A stretch of DNA of 64,000 nt, from the NCBI GenBank assembly GCA_965209155.1, contig OZ242383.1, positions 2,400,001 to 2,464,000 on the forward strand, read 5' to 3'. The stretch is from a bacterium (GTDB lineage: Bacteria; SAR324; NAC60-12). The notes beneath the pieces were generated by a model that did no database searches, was not told the DNA's origin, and worked only from the letters and a program-made list of their open reading frames with translations. Positions 51,102-61,587 of this stretch are shown piece by piece. Within the stretch, counting starts at the first letter, position 1, and every line of letters begins with the position of its first letter. Made by a program: the position numbers and the translations under genes.

Positions 51102-51175
51102 CCCGCAACCCCTGTTTTCAGAAAATGTGGAAAAGTCCGCAGTGCTCATAACGATCTTTTGAGACAATGATTCGA

Positions 51176-53368
51176 CTACTGCCGGGCTTTCAGTTCCCGG
51201 CGACGCGCGTGTAAAATTGACTCCGTATAACCATTGGGTTCATGGCGTCCCTTGAAGACCAGGTCCATGGCCGCCTGAAATTCAATGCTGGCGTCGAAAT
51301 CCGGCGCCATCTTGCGATACAGCCCATCCCCGGCATTTTGCCGGTCCACCACTACCGCCATTTTTTTGAAAGTTTCGGTCACCTGTTCCGGGGTGGTGAT
51401 GCCGTGATGCAGCCAATTGGCAATATGCTGGCTCGAGATACGTAAAGTGGCCCGGTCTTCCATCAAGCCCACGTCCTCGATGTCGGGTACTTTGGAACAA
51501 CCGACTCCCTGGCCGACCCAACGGACCACGTATCCGAGAATACCCTGGGCGTTGTTGTCCAATTCATTTTGTACCTCATCCGCGCTCAAATTGCGACCCC
51601 GGAGCAGTGGAAGCGTCAAAATATCATCGAGACGGGCACGCTCTCTTTTGGACAACTCCCTTTGTCTTTCCTGCACGTTGACCTTGTGATAATGCATGGC
51701 GTGCAGGGTTGCCGCAGTGGGAGAAGGCACCCAGGCCGTGTTGGCTCCCGCTTGTGGATGTCCGATCTTGCTCTCCACCATGGCTTTCATTTCATCCGGC
51801 ATGGGCCACATGCCTTTGCCGATTTGAGCCTTGCCCGGAAGTCCGCATTCGATACCGATATCGACGTTCCAATCCTCGTATGCCAGGATCCAGGGGCAAT
51901 TCTTGATTTCCAACTTGGGAAAGATCGCGTCCGCTTCCATGTCCGTGTGAATTTCGTCCCCCGTGCGATCCAGGAACCCGGTGTTTATGAAAATCACCCG
52001 ATCTCTGGCAGTACGAATGCACTCTTTCAGATTGACCGTTGTACGCCTTTCTTCATCCATGATACCGATTTTGATCGTCTTGTCGGCCAATCCCAGGGCT
52101 TTTTCCACTCGAGCAAAGAGCTCTACGCTGAAAGCGACTTCTTCGGGACCGTGTTGTTTCGGTTTGACGATGTAAATACTGCCTGCCCGACTGTTTGAAA
52201 CGGGACTGTTGCCCTTCAGGTCATGAATGGCTGCCAGCGAAGTAACCATCGCATCCAAAAAACCTTCCGGAATCGCATTCCCGCCAGAGGTCGTCACTGC
52301 ATCCGTGTACATGTGAATCCCTACGTTGCGCACCAGCAATAAACTGCGTCCGGGAAGGGTCAGTTTCTTTCCCATGGGATCCGTGTAAGCACGATCGGCA
52401 TCGAGCTTTCGAACTTGTTCCCTTCCCTCTTTGTGAAAAGTGGCTTGCAGGGTTCCTTTCATGATTCCGAGCCAGTTGCGATAAACCAGGGTTTTGTCTT
52501 CGGCATCCACCGCGGAAACGGAATCTTCACAATCCTGGATGGTGGTGACCGCCGCTTCCAGCAACACGTCCTTCACACCCGCTGAATGCGACCGGCCTAT
52601 GGGATGATTGCGGTCAATCCGGATTTCAACGTGCAGTCGATTGTTTCGCAGCAACACGCAGCTCAGGGCTCCATTGCTTTGCCTGTATCCCACAAATTGG
52701 GAAGGATCTGCCAGACAAGTTTTTTTCTCATCCTGGAGCATCACGATCAATTCTTGCTTCCCATCTGATTCTTCCAGCATGAAAGCCGTTGCCTGGCTAT
52801 AGCTGCCTTCGCTCAGTGGGAGGGTTTCATCCAGGAAACGATCGGTATAGGCAATCACTCGCGCACCACGAACGGGATTGTATCGTGATCCTTTTTCCGC
52901 TCCATCGTCCTCCGGAATGAGATTGGCGCCATACAAAGCGTCGTAGAGACTGCCCCAACGAGCGTTTGCCGCATTCAGCGCGTAACGAGCGTTATCCACG
53001 GGAACCACCAGTTGGGGTCCGGCAATCGCCGCGATTTCCGGATCGACGTTCATGGTGGTGATGGTAAAATCTTTCTTTTCCGGAACGAGATAGTCGATCT
53101 CCTCGAGAAATGCCCTGTAAGCCTCTTCGTCAAAAGGTATTCCTTTTCTTTCACGGTGCCAGGCATCGATTTTTGCTTGAATCGTATCGCGTTTTTCCAG
53201 CAATTCCCGGTTTTTCGGTCCCAGGTCCCTCGTGATGTCTCCCAATGCCTGCCAAAACGAGTCGGGATCCACTCCCGTACCCGGAGTCATTTCCTCCTGA
53301 ATTAAATCGTATAAGGGCTTTGCGATTCTTAAATCACCCACTTCCATTGCACCATTGCTGCTCATCAC
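51176..53368 (-). CDS. glcB: Malate synthase G
   Basis: [52 protein letters not shown] and [13 protein letters not shown] motifs. Confidence 0.97.
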   Translation of the reverse strand: MMSSNGAMEVGDLRIAKPLYDLIQEEMTPGTGVDPDSFWQALGDITRDLGPKNRELLEKRDTIQAKIDAWHRERKGIPFDEEAYRAFLEEIDYLVPEKKDFTITTMNVDPEIAAIAGPQLVVPVDNARYALNAANARWGSLYDALYGANLIPEDDGAEKGSRYNPVRGARVIAYTDRFLDETLPLSEGSYSQATAFMLEESDGKQELIVMLQDEKKTCLADPSQFVGYRQSNGALSCVLLRNNRLHVEIRIDRNHPIGRSHSAGVKDVLLEAAVTTIQDCEDSVSAVDAEDKTLVYRNWLGIMKGTLQATFHKEGREQVRKLDADRAYTDPMGKKLTLPGRSLLLVRNVGIHMYTDAVTTSGGNAIPEGFLDAMVTSLAAIHDLKGNSPVSNSRAGSIYIVKPKQHGPEEVAFSVELFARVEKALGLADKTIKIGIMDEERRTTVNLKECIRTARDRVIFINTGFLDRTGDEIHTDMEADAIFPKLEIKNCPWILAYEDWNVDIGIECGLPGKAQIGKGMWPMPDEMKAMVESKIGHPQAGANTAWVPSPTAATLHAMHYHKVNVQERQRELSKRERARLDDILTLPLLRGRNLSADEVQNELDNNAQGILGYVVRWVGQGVGCSKVPDIEDVGLMEDRATLRISSQHIANWLHHGITTPEQVTETFKKMAVVVDRQNAGDGLYRKMAPDFDASIEFQAAMDLVFKGRHEPNGYTESILHARRRELKARQ

Positions 53369-53511
53369 TCTTCCTTTATTCGGGTTTTCAAATTTACGGT
53401 TTGTATGGTAACCGACAAGCCTTTCAATCCATCATGGAAACTGTTTTTTTAAAAACGCAGTGTACCTTTTGCTTAAAAATATTCAACACCTTAAAAGTGG
53501 TTGTTTCATTT

Positions 53512-53664
53512 AAATTGGACCCGCTCAGCGGATTTCTCTACTGGCATATGAATTGGCATGCGGAGAATCACATGTATGCCGGTGTTCCATGCTACCATTT
53601 AAAAAAACTACGTGAAGCCATCGCCCACGATATGCCCGAACCCAAAAGCGCTTGGGGGGCGTGG
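53512..53664 (+). pseudogene. Fragment of a fatty-acid-desaturase-family gene (third His-box region)
   Basis: KLDPLSGFLYWHMNWHAENHMYAGVPCYHLKKLREAIAHDMPEPKSAWGAW. No N-terminal part, and the EHH box reads ENH. Confidence 0.7.
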
Positions 53665-53742
53665 CTGTACGCGGGGATTGCCTGGATTCTTGTTCAAGCC
53701 GGGAATGACACACTCCGGAAGGTGGTTGTACGCGGGGATTGC
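53661..53742. repeat. REP-like unit flanked by 21-bp direct repeats
   Basis: gtggctgtacgcggggattgc (53661-53681) and gtggttgtacgcggggattgc (53722-53742) surround ctggattcttgttcaagccgggaatgacac. Confidence 0.8.
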
Positions 53743-54539
53743 ATGAATCGCGTTCCGGGAGCTGGAGGGTCATTTGGCGGACCGGCAAAGCATTGCGCAA
53801 CGGCCATCCAACGCGTGGCCGTCGCTCCCTACGCAATTAAAGCGGTGTCTGAAACGTTTCGAGTTTGAGTGACCACTCGACAGAAGTCCACTGCCGTCCC
53901 TTCTATAAAATTACTTTTCGATTCGTCATGCCATTTCCAAACGTCGCCGGACGGACTTTTCAAGCATAAATAGGGTTTGTCTTGCGGCACTGCCTCACCA
54001 CGATTGCTGAAGGTCCAGGCGAAGGCGTTCACTCCCAGGACCACGATGTTTTTTATACGATCATGCTCCTCTCGTTCCACCCCCAGGAGATCATAGATGG
54101 CTTGGGCATGAGACCAGGTTTCCATCAAACGAGCCGAGATACTCGTTCGCGCGCTCATGCTCGGACCAAACCATTGCAGACGTTTTTTTGGATCTTCGGC
54201 TGTAAAGCGTTCCGACATTCCGGGATAATAGTCGCGCCAGAGTTGCAACAATGCCCGTCCCTCGATGCCATTCAGTTTCCGCTCCGTAAAGGGAAGCAAC
54301 GCTTCTCCATTGTTTTTGGCTTGGGTCAATTCGTTGACCAACTCGAGGAAGAGCGCTTCATTGCGCAGGGATAAATCGGCTGCCATGTTGAAAAAATGCA
54401 AGTGAGCCAGGATGTCATTGATCGTCCACCCCTTGAATTGGGTTTTTCTATTAAAATCCTGCTCCTGAAGCGGTTCCAGCAATTGTAGAAATGCGTCGTT
54501 TTCCGCTTTGAATTCAAGCGCTGCGCTGATCATATCCAA
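53694..54539 (-). pseudogene. TIGR03084 / maleylpyruvate-isomerase-like metal-binding protein with in-frame TAG
   Basis: T.FKGWTIND..AHL, WFGP.MS.R....ARLMETW.H.Q. TAG at 53829-53831 is followed in frame by GATATRWMAVAQCFAGPPNDPPAPGTRF up to TGA at 53694. Confidence 0.75.
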
Positions 54540-54565
54540 TCCTGCTTATGCTGAGTTTCTCGCAA

Positions 54566-55735
54566 TCAGGCATCGAGAAATACTGTCAGGTGTTCATACG
54601 CTTTTAAAAAATCAGCCTTGAAATCATAAACCACATCACGTGTCGACTTGCTGAGGTTCATCAACCCCACCCCTTGTCCGACATAATAAGTATCGAGTTC
54701 CCTGGCACCCGCGTGTCCTCCTTCGGCGAGTTTTTTGACTTTGGCCAGGGGGGGATCACTGACCAGGGTTTGCAAAGGCATGGGCAAGGGTTCGGGAGCC
54801 GCCGGTTGTTCCCAGGCATCGGTCCAGGGGGAGCGCAGTTGACGCGCGGGTTTGCCCGTGCGGCTTCGAGAGCGTACGGTTTGTCTCGAGTTCGCCTTCA
54901 ACATTTTTTCTTTCACGACCGGGGAGGTTTCAGCTTCAAATGTCGTCAGCCAGACGGACCCCGTCCAAACTCCACTCGCCCCCATCGCCATGGATGCTGC
55001 CATTTGGCGTCCGGTCACAATCCCTCCTGCGGCAAGAATGGGAAGTTGACCAAAGGGTTGAATGGCTTCATACACTTCCGGAAGCAGGACCATCGTCGAA
55101 ACCTCCCCGCAATGTCCACCCGCCTCGGTGCCTGCCACCACCAGGATATCCACGCCTGCCTTCACCTGGTTGATGGCATGTTCTTTTGCCCCCACCAGCG
55201 CAGCCACGGCAACTCCATGTTCTTTCCCCATATCCAGCATGATTTTTGGCGGCACCCCAAGCGCATTGGCAACCAGTTTGATTGGGTGGGAAAAAGCCAC
55301 TTGCAATTGTTTTTTCGCACCCGATAAGCGTATGTTGTTACTGATGGTCAAACTGCCAGCCCTCACTTCATCCGTGATGTCACCGGTTTCAATGCCATAG
55401 GCTTCCAGGATTCCATTTGAAAAGTTCTTATGCCCTTCCGGTACCAGCGCCAGCACTTGCTCAGCGCTTGGCTGCTCGTCTTTGCCTGCTATTTTTTGCG
55501 GAATGATCAGGTCCACTCCATAAGAATTCCCGGATACATGGTCGTCGATCCAGGTCAGCTCGGTTTCCAGTTCTTCTGCTGTCATCCCGGCCGCCCCCAA
55601 TACGCCAAACCCCCCGGCACGACTCACTTCAACCACCACGTCGCGGCAATGGGAAAACGCAAAAAGAGGAAATTCGATCCCCAACCTCTCACAAATCTGG
55701 TTTTTCATGATTCTTTTCTCCTCAACACGTTCCAT
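54566..55735 (-). CDS. Nitronate monooxygenase family flavoprotein
   Basis: FPLFAFSHCRDVV..VS.AGGFGVLG, G.EAGGHCG and AAGGI..GRQ.AA..A.GA.G.W.GS motifs. Confidence 0.9.
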   Translation of the reverse strand: MERVEEKRIMKNQICERLGIEFPLFAFSHCRDVVVEVSRAGGFGVLGAAGMTAEELETELTWIDDHVSGNSYGVDLIIPQKIAGKDEQPSAEQVLALVPEGHKNFSNGILEAYGIETGDITDEVRAGSLTISNNIRLSGAKKQLQVAFSHPIKLVANALGVPPKIMLDMGKEHGVAVAALVGAKEHAINQVKAGVDILVVAGTEAGGHCGEVSTMVLLPEVYEAIQPFGQLPILAAGGIVTGRQMAASMAMGASGVWTGSVWLTTFEAETSPVVKEKMLKANSRQTVRSRSRTGKPARQLRSPWTDAWEQPAAPEPLPMPLQTLVSDPPLAKVKKLAEGGHAGARELDTYYVGQGVGLMNLSKSTRDVVYDFKADFLKAYEHLTVFLDA

Positions 55736-55769
55736 ATCCGCTTGTTCGATTTTTTATCAGAGGGGGTAT

Positions 55770-56159
55770 TTATTGAGAACTGTCCATATCCTCAAAAGGA
55801 TTTATGTAATCCACTTCAATGTTTTTGAAGTCACGAATATTTCGTGTACAGATACACATTTTACTTATAAGGGCAGTTGCAGCAATAATAGCACCTAGCG
55901 TTTTGATTTTTCGTTGTCGTCTCAACTTTATTGTGACATCTATGATTTCATCAGAGAGATGGATCAGTTCAAATTGACTCAAGAATTGTTGAATGATAAA
56001 TTCTTCGTCTTTTTGAAATGGATAGGAAAGCACTTCGATTTTCGTAATGACTGAGATGGACAGTTTTTCCTGATGAGATTGTAGCCAATCAATTGCTGCT
56101 GCCTCCCCATTCAAGTAATAAATGATGATGTTTGTATCCACAATATTCATCCATCCCAC
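55770..56159 (-). CDS. vapC: VapC/PIN-domain toxin
   Basis: VDTNIIIY, IS.IT..EV, AIIAATA and TRN..DF motifs. AT-rich, overlaps the upstream small gene. Confidence 0.88.
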   Translation of the reverse strand: MGWMNIVDTNIIIYYLNGEAAAIDWLQSHQEKLSISVITKIEVLSYPFQKDEEFIIQQFLSQFELIHLSDEIIDVTIKLRRQRKIKTLGAIIAATALISKMCICTRNIRDFKNIEVDYINPFEDMDSSQ

Positions 56160-56371
56160 TCACTTCTTTGGTCAGATTGAAATTTGAGAGGATCTATTTT
56201 CTTATGCTTCAATATTCCTGCCGCATTCTTGAAGGCAGCCTCATTACATTGTTTTTCAAGTATCTCGAATTCAATGCTCACTTCTCCTCGATTTGAATGT
56301 AGGGACTCTAACTCTACATTAGGAATAAATAAACCACCATCTTTGATTATTGCTTTAGTAATCATTTTCAA
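56147..56371 (-). CDS. Putative antitoxin of the VapC pair
   Basis: 74 aa, directly upstream of and overlapping vapC. Ends in AAGIL.....DPL.FQ...RSEWD, a typical antitoxin tail. Confidence 0.7.
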   Translation of the reverse strand: MKMITKAIIKDGGLFIPNVELESLHSNRGEVSIEFEILEKQCNEAAFKNAAGILKHKKIDPLKFQSDQRSEWDG

Positions 56372-56449
56372 TTCCTCAAATTTCTGGTTTTTTGTTTTAA
56401 GTCTTGTTTCATCATACTAGAATTTCTATGAATGTTGAATTAAATAAAT

Positions 56450-56613
56450 AAGGTACTCGTGAAGTCCTTCCCATTGTTTATCACTGACATCTCTGTTATA
56501 ATCTGAACGTTCCATGGAGACTCCTTTGTTATTAAGGCTTCATTTCTCTCAAAATGAATGCGACATGGAACACTTCCAACAGGAAGCTGAACTTTTTTCA
56601 AACAGGTTCTAAG
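56450..56613 (-). mobile_element. IS5-family left-end remnant
   Basis: Minus strand begins ctTAGAACCTGTTTGAAA and encodes MERSDYNRDVSDKQWEGLHEYL before breaking off. Homologous to 29516-29690. Confidence 0.7.
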
Positions 56614-56665
56614 AAACTTGCCGTTTAGTGGTACAATCAACCAATCATTTTCATTGAGGTTCAAA

Positions 56666-57838
56666 ATGAATCTTAAACTCGAGTCTTCGAAAATTCTCTC
56701 CCCGGTGGATTATGGTTCGGAAGAAGCCGCCATGGTTCGTTACCGGGAAGAAGGAACGCAACAGGCATTGGCGCTTTATAATCGAGGCCCCATTCGTTTT
56801 AATGACGAAGGTTTGCTCGACCCAGCCATCCTGGAGTCCTATTCTCGCTGCGGGTTCTACATTTTTGAAGGAGTTCTCAATGAAGAGGAACTGCAAGCCA
56901 TCGATAGAGACCTGGTCGATCTTCAGGAGCGCGCTCCGGTGAGCAAAGGCGCGCAAGTGGACCACCTGGGACGCCCGGCTTTCAACGCATCCTGTCATCC
57001 AAATACCATTTTGTGGGCCAAGCCGCTTTCGGACCAATACGGAGGAAGTGAGCACAATTACGGACGTCATCCCGCTAAAATGTATGAACCCTTACCACCG
57101 GCCGAAGCGCCTGAATACGTCATGCAGATCGTCAATGGTTCGCTCCAATTTTCGGAAGCGTGCTTGCTCGTTTACGGACATCCGCAACTCCTCACCATTG
57201 CGGAAACAATTCTCGGGGAGGATTTCACCCCATTCAATGAACGCTTGTGGATCAAGCAACCCAGGCTCGGAGGTTCGGTGGCCTGGCACCAGGATGGCGT
57301 CACGCACTGGGACAACCCGGAGCTCGACGAAAACACCCATGGTTTCAATTTCATGGCGCAACCTTACGGTTGCGATGCGGCAAATGGTCTCTGGGTGGTG
57401 CCGGGATCTCATCGCAAAGGAAAGGTTGATATCAATGCGCTGGTCGAGGATGCCGGATCCGATCGTTTGCCAGACGCGGTTCCCCTGATCTGCAATCCTG
57501 GCGATGTGGTGATCTGCAATCGCCAGTCGCTTCATGCCTCTTTTGCCAATACCAGTCCCCAGCTGCGAGTGACGCTCAACTTTGGTTTTCACCGTCGCCG
57601 GTCGGTGCTGAACATGCCCGGAAAAATTATTGAAAATCCTGAAGCGATTTACGATGAGAAATATATCCGGGAACGCTCTCGAGTGATCATGTACGCCATT
57701 GATGCCCGGCAGAAACGCTTTCCACACGAACCGCCATTCGTCTACAAACCCTTTGCCGGACAAAACGAAACGTATCGCTGGACGCCTGAAGCCAAAGCCG
57801 GGCTCGTCGACTACCAACTTCAAGACATCCGGATCTAG
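56666..57838 (+). CDS. Phytanoyl-CoA dioxygenase (PhyH) family protein, long form
   Basis: GSVAWHQDG, NGLWVVPGSH and GDVVICNRQ.LH.SF.N...R motifs. GAGG RBS before ATG 56666. Confidence 0.9.
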   Translation: MNLKLESSKILSPVDYGSEEAAMVRYREEGTQQALALYNRGPIRFNDEGLLDPAILESYSRCGFYIFEGVLNEEELQAIDRDLVDLQERAPVSKGAQVDHLGRPAFNASCHPNTILWAKPLSDQYGGSEHNYGRHPAKMYEPLPPAEAPEYVMQIVNGSLQFSEACLLVYGHPQLLTIAETILGEDFTPFNERLWIKQPRLGGSVAWHQDGVTHWDNPELDENTHGFNFMAQPYGCDAANGLWVVPGSHRKGKVDINALVEDAGSDRLPDAVPLICNPGDVVICNRQSLHASFANTSPQLRVTLNFGFHRRRSVLNMPGKIIENPEAIYDEKYIRERSRVIMYAIDARQKRFPHEPPFVYKPFAGQNETYRWTPEAKAGLVDYQLQDIRI

Positions 57839-57913
57839 CAAATGAGCAATCAGGAAAGGTGGCTTCAATCGAAAATGACGAAAGAGGTCTGAAAAAGCAA
57901 AAAAACCGGCTGA

Positions 57914-59905
57914 TCAGGCTGCTGGCAGGATATCTAACAGGGGATCATCGGCAGCGACTCGAGTTCCGGCTGCCACGTGGATCGCCTGCACGGTACCGGC
58001 AATTTCCGCGACAATCTCATGTTGCATTTTCATCGCTTCCAATATGGCAAGACGGGTTCCGGCTTGGACGAGGTCTCCGCATTCGACTAAAACCTCGAGC
58101 AGGGTTCCATGCATGGGGGAAACAATGCGTCCACTTCCTTCTGTTTCTTTTGCAGAAGACGGGAAGGCGATTTGATTTTGGAACCGGAACGATTCTCCCT
58201 CCACTGAAATATCGATAAGACCGGCTGAGGTTGACGAATAATCAACGACTCTTCGACGTCCACCAATGCTCACATGCGCCACTTCGCCAGTCAGGTGCAA
58301 TAGTTTGACAGTCAGAGAATTTTCCGCCCCACGTACTTGATAATCCACTTCATTTACGGGCGAGAGATTCAATTCGAGGCGCCCTCCATCTGAAAGATAA
58401 ACATAATGAGTGACGAGTCGACCGCCGCTGGACCAATTCAATAACTCGGGTGAGACATGGACACTTGCTTCAAGAGCGCACCGGCGTTCGATGTGGTATT
58501 GAAGCAGGGCCGCTATCGCCGCCAATTCGAAGTCGGCTCGAGGATTGGCCAGGTCCCGGGCTTTCAATTCTTCCGCGAAAAATGCAGTCGTTGTCACTCC
58601 CCTGGCAAACGCTTGCTTGTCTAGAATTTTGATCAAAAAACTTTTATTCGTGACCAGGCCGAATATTCGAGTTTGCTCGAGAGCCTTGATCAAGCGCAGG
58701 CGGGCAATTTCCCGGTTTTCTCCCCACGCGATCACTTTGGCGAGCATCGGGTCATAAAAAGGCGTGATTTCCTGGCCTGTTTGAATACCGGAATCCACCC
58801 GGATTCCATTTCCCCTGGCAGGGCGCCATTGATCGATGGTTCCGGTACAAGGCAAAAAATCGCGCACAGGATCTTCCGCATAAAGACGAGCTTCTATCGC
58901 ATGTCCCGAACTGGCGACCTCGTCTTGGGTCAAAGGCAGAGGGAACCCTTTGGCGATTTGGATCTGGCAGGCCACCAAATCCAATCCCGTGATCATTTCA
59001 GTGACGGGGTGTTCCACCTGGAGGCGGGTATTCATCTCGAGAAAATAAAAATTTCCTTCTTCATCCAAGAGAAATTCAACGGTTCCCGCATTCTGGTAAT
59101 TGACGCTGAGCGCCGCTTCAACCGCGGCGGCACCCATTCGCGCTCTCAATTCACCAGTCATCAGCGGACAAGGCGCTTCCTCCACCACCTTTTGATTCCG
59201 GCGCTGTAGCGAACATTCGCGTTCTCCCAAGTGAATGACGTTTCCGTGTTGGTCGGCCAGAATCTGGAATTCGACATGTCGCGGACGCTTGATCGCTTTT
59301 TCCAGGATCAACTCGGACGAGCCGAATGCCTTCAATGCTTCAGTACGCGCGCCACGCAGGGCCGCGGGAAAGTCCTCAGCGTTCTCAACCAATCGTATTC
59401 CACGCCCTCCACCGCCGGCAGCGGCTTTCACCATCAAAGGGAAGCCGATCTCCTCCGCAGCGGTGAGTAGAGTGGCATCGGATGGATCGGCAGCGGAATA
59501 GCCAGGCAGGCAAGGGATCCCGGCCGCCGTCAAATGCCGTTTGGCTCCTGCTTTATTGCCCATCAACTCGATCGCGCCGGCAGCGGGTCCGATGAACACG
59601 AACCCTGCCTGCTCACAGGCTCGCGCAAATTCAGCGTTTTCCGATAAAAATCCATAACCGGGATGAACGGCTTCTGCCCCGCTTTGCCGGGCTGCTTGCA
59701 AAATTCGCTCGATATGGAGGTACGACTCCTCCACGGAGGAGGGGCCAAGCAAGGCGGAATCATCCGCCATTTGCGCATGAGGCGCGTTCGCGTCTGCTTC
59801 CGAATAGACGGCGATGGTGCGAAAACTCAGAGATTGAGCGGTTTTGATGATACGAACTGCAATTTCTCCTCGATTGGCAACCAGGATGCTCTTAAAGTCT
59901 CTCAT
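57914..59905 (-). CDS. Biotin carboxylase/BCCP subunit of an acyl-CoA carboxylase (AtuF/geranyl-CoA carboxylase alpha-like)
   Basis: ILVANRGEIA, HPGYGFLSEN, GGGGRG, FLEMNTRLQVEHP and EAMKM motifs. ATG 59905. Confidence 0.92.
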   Translation of the reverse strand: MRDFKSILVANRGEIAVRIIKTAQSLSFRTIAVYSEADANAPHAQMADDSALLGPSSVEESYLHIERILQAARQSGAEAVHPGYGFLSENAEFARACEQAGFVFIGPAAGAIELMGNKAGAKRHLTAAGIPCLPGYSAADPSDATLLTAAEEIGFPLMVKAAAGGGGRGIRLVENAEDFPAALRGARTEALKAFGSSELILEKAIKRPRHVEFQILADQHGNVIHLGERECSLQRRNQKVVEEAPCPLMTGELRARMGAAAVEAALSVNYQNAGTVEFLLDEEGNFYFLEMNTRLQVEHPVTEMITGLDLVACQIQIAKGFPLPLTQDEVASSGHAIEARLYAEDPVRDFLPCTGTIDQWRPARGNGIRVDSGIQTGQEITPFYDPMLAKVIAWGENREIARLRLIKALEQTRIFGLVTNKSFLIKILDKQAFARGVTTTAFFAEELKARDLANPRADFELAAIAALLQYHIERRCALEASVHVSPELLNWSSGGRLVTHYVYLSDGGRLELNLSPVNEVDYQVRGAENSLTVKLLHLTGEVAHVSIGGRRRVVDYSSTSAGLIDISVEGESFRFQNQIAFPSSAKETEGSGRIVSPMHGTLLEVLVECGDLVQAGTRLAILEAMKMQHEIVAEIAGTVQAIHVAAGTRVAADDPLLDILPAA

Positions 59906-59964
59906 TCGTCGTTGATCTATCTGGAAGGTCGATTCTCCGGAGTTGAAGGATGGCGTCGATTCAA

Positions 59965-61587
59965 TCAGAGGCGCGCGACGCCGAAACTGTTGGCTTGCAC
60001 TCTTCGGTGTTTGGCTTCCCAACAAGTATCCAAGGCAAATCCGATCACTTTTCGCGTATCGCGGGGATCGATCACTCCTTGGTCCAACATATGCCCTGAT
60101 GTGTAAAAGGCATCCGATTGGCGGTCGTAAAGTTGGATCAATTGTTCCTTTTGGACTTGAAGCGCTTTTTCATCTACAGGTTCTCCCCGCCGTGCTGCCG
60201 AACCGCGCATGACTTGATCCATGGTCAGCGCCGCTTGTTCACCTCCCATCACGCCCGTCCTGGCGTTGGGCCAGGTGAACAAAAAATCGGGCTGGTAGGC
60301 CAGGCCGCACATGCCATAATTTCCCGCTCCAAAACTCGCTCCCACGTAAAACGTAATTTTAGGCGCCCGGGTGTTGGAGACCGCCTGGATCATTTTTGAA
60401 CCATGCTTGATCATGCCTTCCTGTTCATAAACCTTCCCCACCATATAGCCCGTGGTATTGTTGAGGAAAATGAGAGGGATATCGGACTGGTCACAAAGTT
60501 GGATGAAATGCCCCGCTTTGGTGGCGCCGTCGGGGTCGATCGGACCATTGTTGCCGAGAATGCCACAAGCCTGACCAAACATGTGGGCTTGCAAGCAGAC
60601 GGTGGAAGGGCCGTATCGTGGTTTGAAGTTCTCAAAATCAGAACCATCCACCAATCGAGCGACCACTTCACGCACATCATAAGGTTTTCGATAATCGATG
60701 GGGACGACACCGGCAATTTCACCCGGATCGTAAAGGGGTTCCCGTATTTTTTTGCGGGGAGGTTTGGGACAGTGATCATTCCATCCCAAACGATTGACTA
60801 TATCCCGCACGATCAACAAACCATGTGCATCGTCCTCTGCCAGGTATTCCACCGACCCGGTGACCGATGCGTGCATTTCGGAACCGGCAAGTTCTTCTTC
60901 ATCCGAGATTTCTCCGGTGGCTGCTCGGACCAGCGCCGCCCCTCCCAGGGAAGCGCGTCCACGCCCCCTGATACCAACCACGTAATCACTCATTCCCGGC
61001 ATGTAAGCCCCTCCTGCCGTGGAGGGGCCATGCAGCACCACGAACGTGGGGATTCCCGCTGCGCTCAATTTCGCGAGACCATAGAAAAGACCGCCTCCAT
61101 GCGCCCACTGACTGACTTCATATTTCATCAGGTTGGCCCCTGCGCTTTCAACCAGGTGAACAAAAGGCAGTTTCTTTTCAAGCGCAATCTTGAGACAGGC
61201 CCTGCCTTTTTCACCGGATTTCGCCGTCGAGGCCCCCGCATTGATCCCGCTGTCACTGACGCAAATCATGCAACGGACGCCGCTGATGAATCCGATACCC
61301 GCCAGGGAACTGGCGCCGGGAATGCTTTTTTCCCGGTCCTTGATCTCCACCATGTAATTGGCAATGCCGTAAAGTTCCAGAAAAGGCATGCCCGGGTCCA
61401 GCAGGCGTGACAATCGTTGCCTTGGAGTCAGTTGACCCCGTTCTTCGAAACGGAGACGCCGTCTCTCGGAAACGGCTTCCGCACGCTTTTTCAAGAGATG
61501 GAGTTTTTCAACCAGCAAGAGCATTTCCCTGCGATTTACGGCAAAGGAATCACTGTTCACCTCGATTTTACTGACATAAACGCTCAT
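59965..61587 (-). CDS. Acyl-CoA carboxylase carboxyltransferase subunit (AtuC-like)
   Basis: RG.LTPR.R...LLDPG.PFLEL, LVESAGANL, STAGGAY.PG.SD and GASFGAGNYGMCG motifs. Confidence 0.92.
   Translation of the reverse strand: MSVYVSKIEVNSDSFAVNRREMLLLVEKLHLLKKRAEAVSERRRLRFEERGQLTPRQRLSRLLDPGMPFLELYGIANYMVEIKDREKSIPGASSLAGIGFISGVRCMICVSDSGINAGASTAKSGEKGRACLKIALEKKLPFVHLVESAGANLMKYEVSQWAHGGGLFYGLAKLSAAGIPTFVVLHGPSTAGGAYMPGMSDYVVGIRGRGRASLGGAALVRAATGEISDEEELAGSEMHASVTGSVEYLAEDDAHGLLIVRDIVNRLGWNDHCPKPPRKKIREPLYDPGEIAGVVPIDYRKPYDVREVVARLVDGSDFENFKPRYGPSTVCLQAHMFGQACGILGNNGPIDPDGATKAGHFIQLCDQSDIPLIFLNNTTGYMVGKVYEQEGMIKHGSKMIQAVSNTRAPKITFYVGASFGAGNYGMCGLAYQPDFLFTWPNARTGVMGGEQAALTMDQVMRGSAARRGEPVDEKALQVQKEQLIQLYDRQSDAFYTSGHMLDQGVIDPRDTRKVIGFALDTCWEAKHRRVQANSFGVARL

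Noticed and set aside
53245..53868. 207-aa ORF as a real gene
   Set aside because: It is a chimera of antisense glcB, a desaturase fragment, a repeat and antisense TIGR03084.
60403..61410. 335-aa plus-strand ORF (likewise 34888-35832 and 57092-57868)
   Set aside because: These are antisense to well-supported enzymes and have no motifs.
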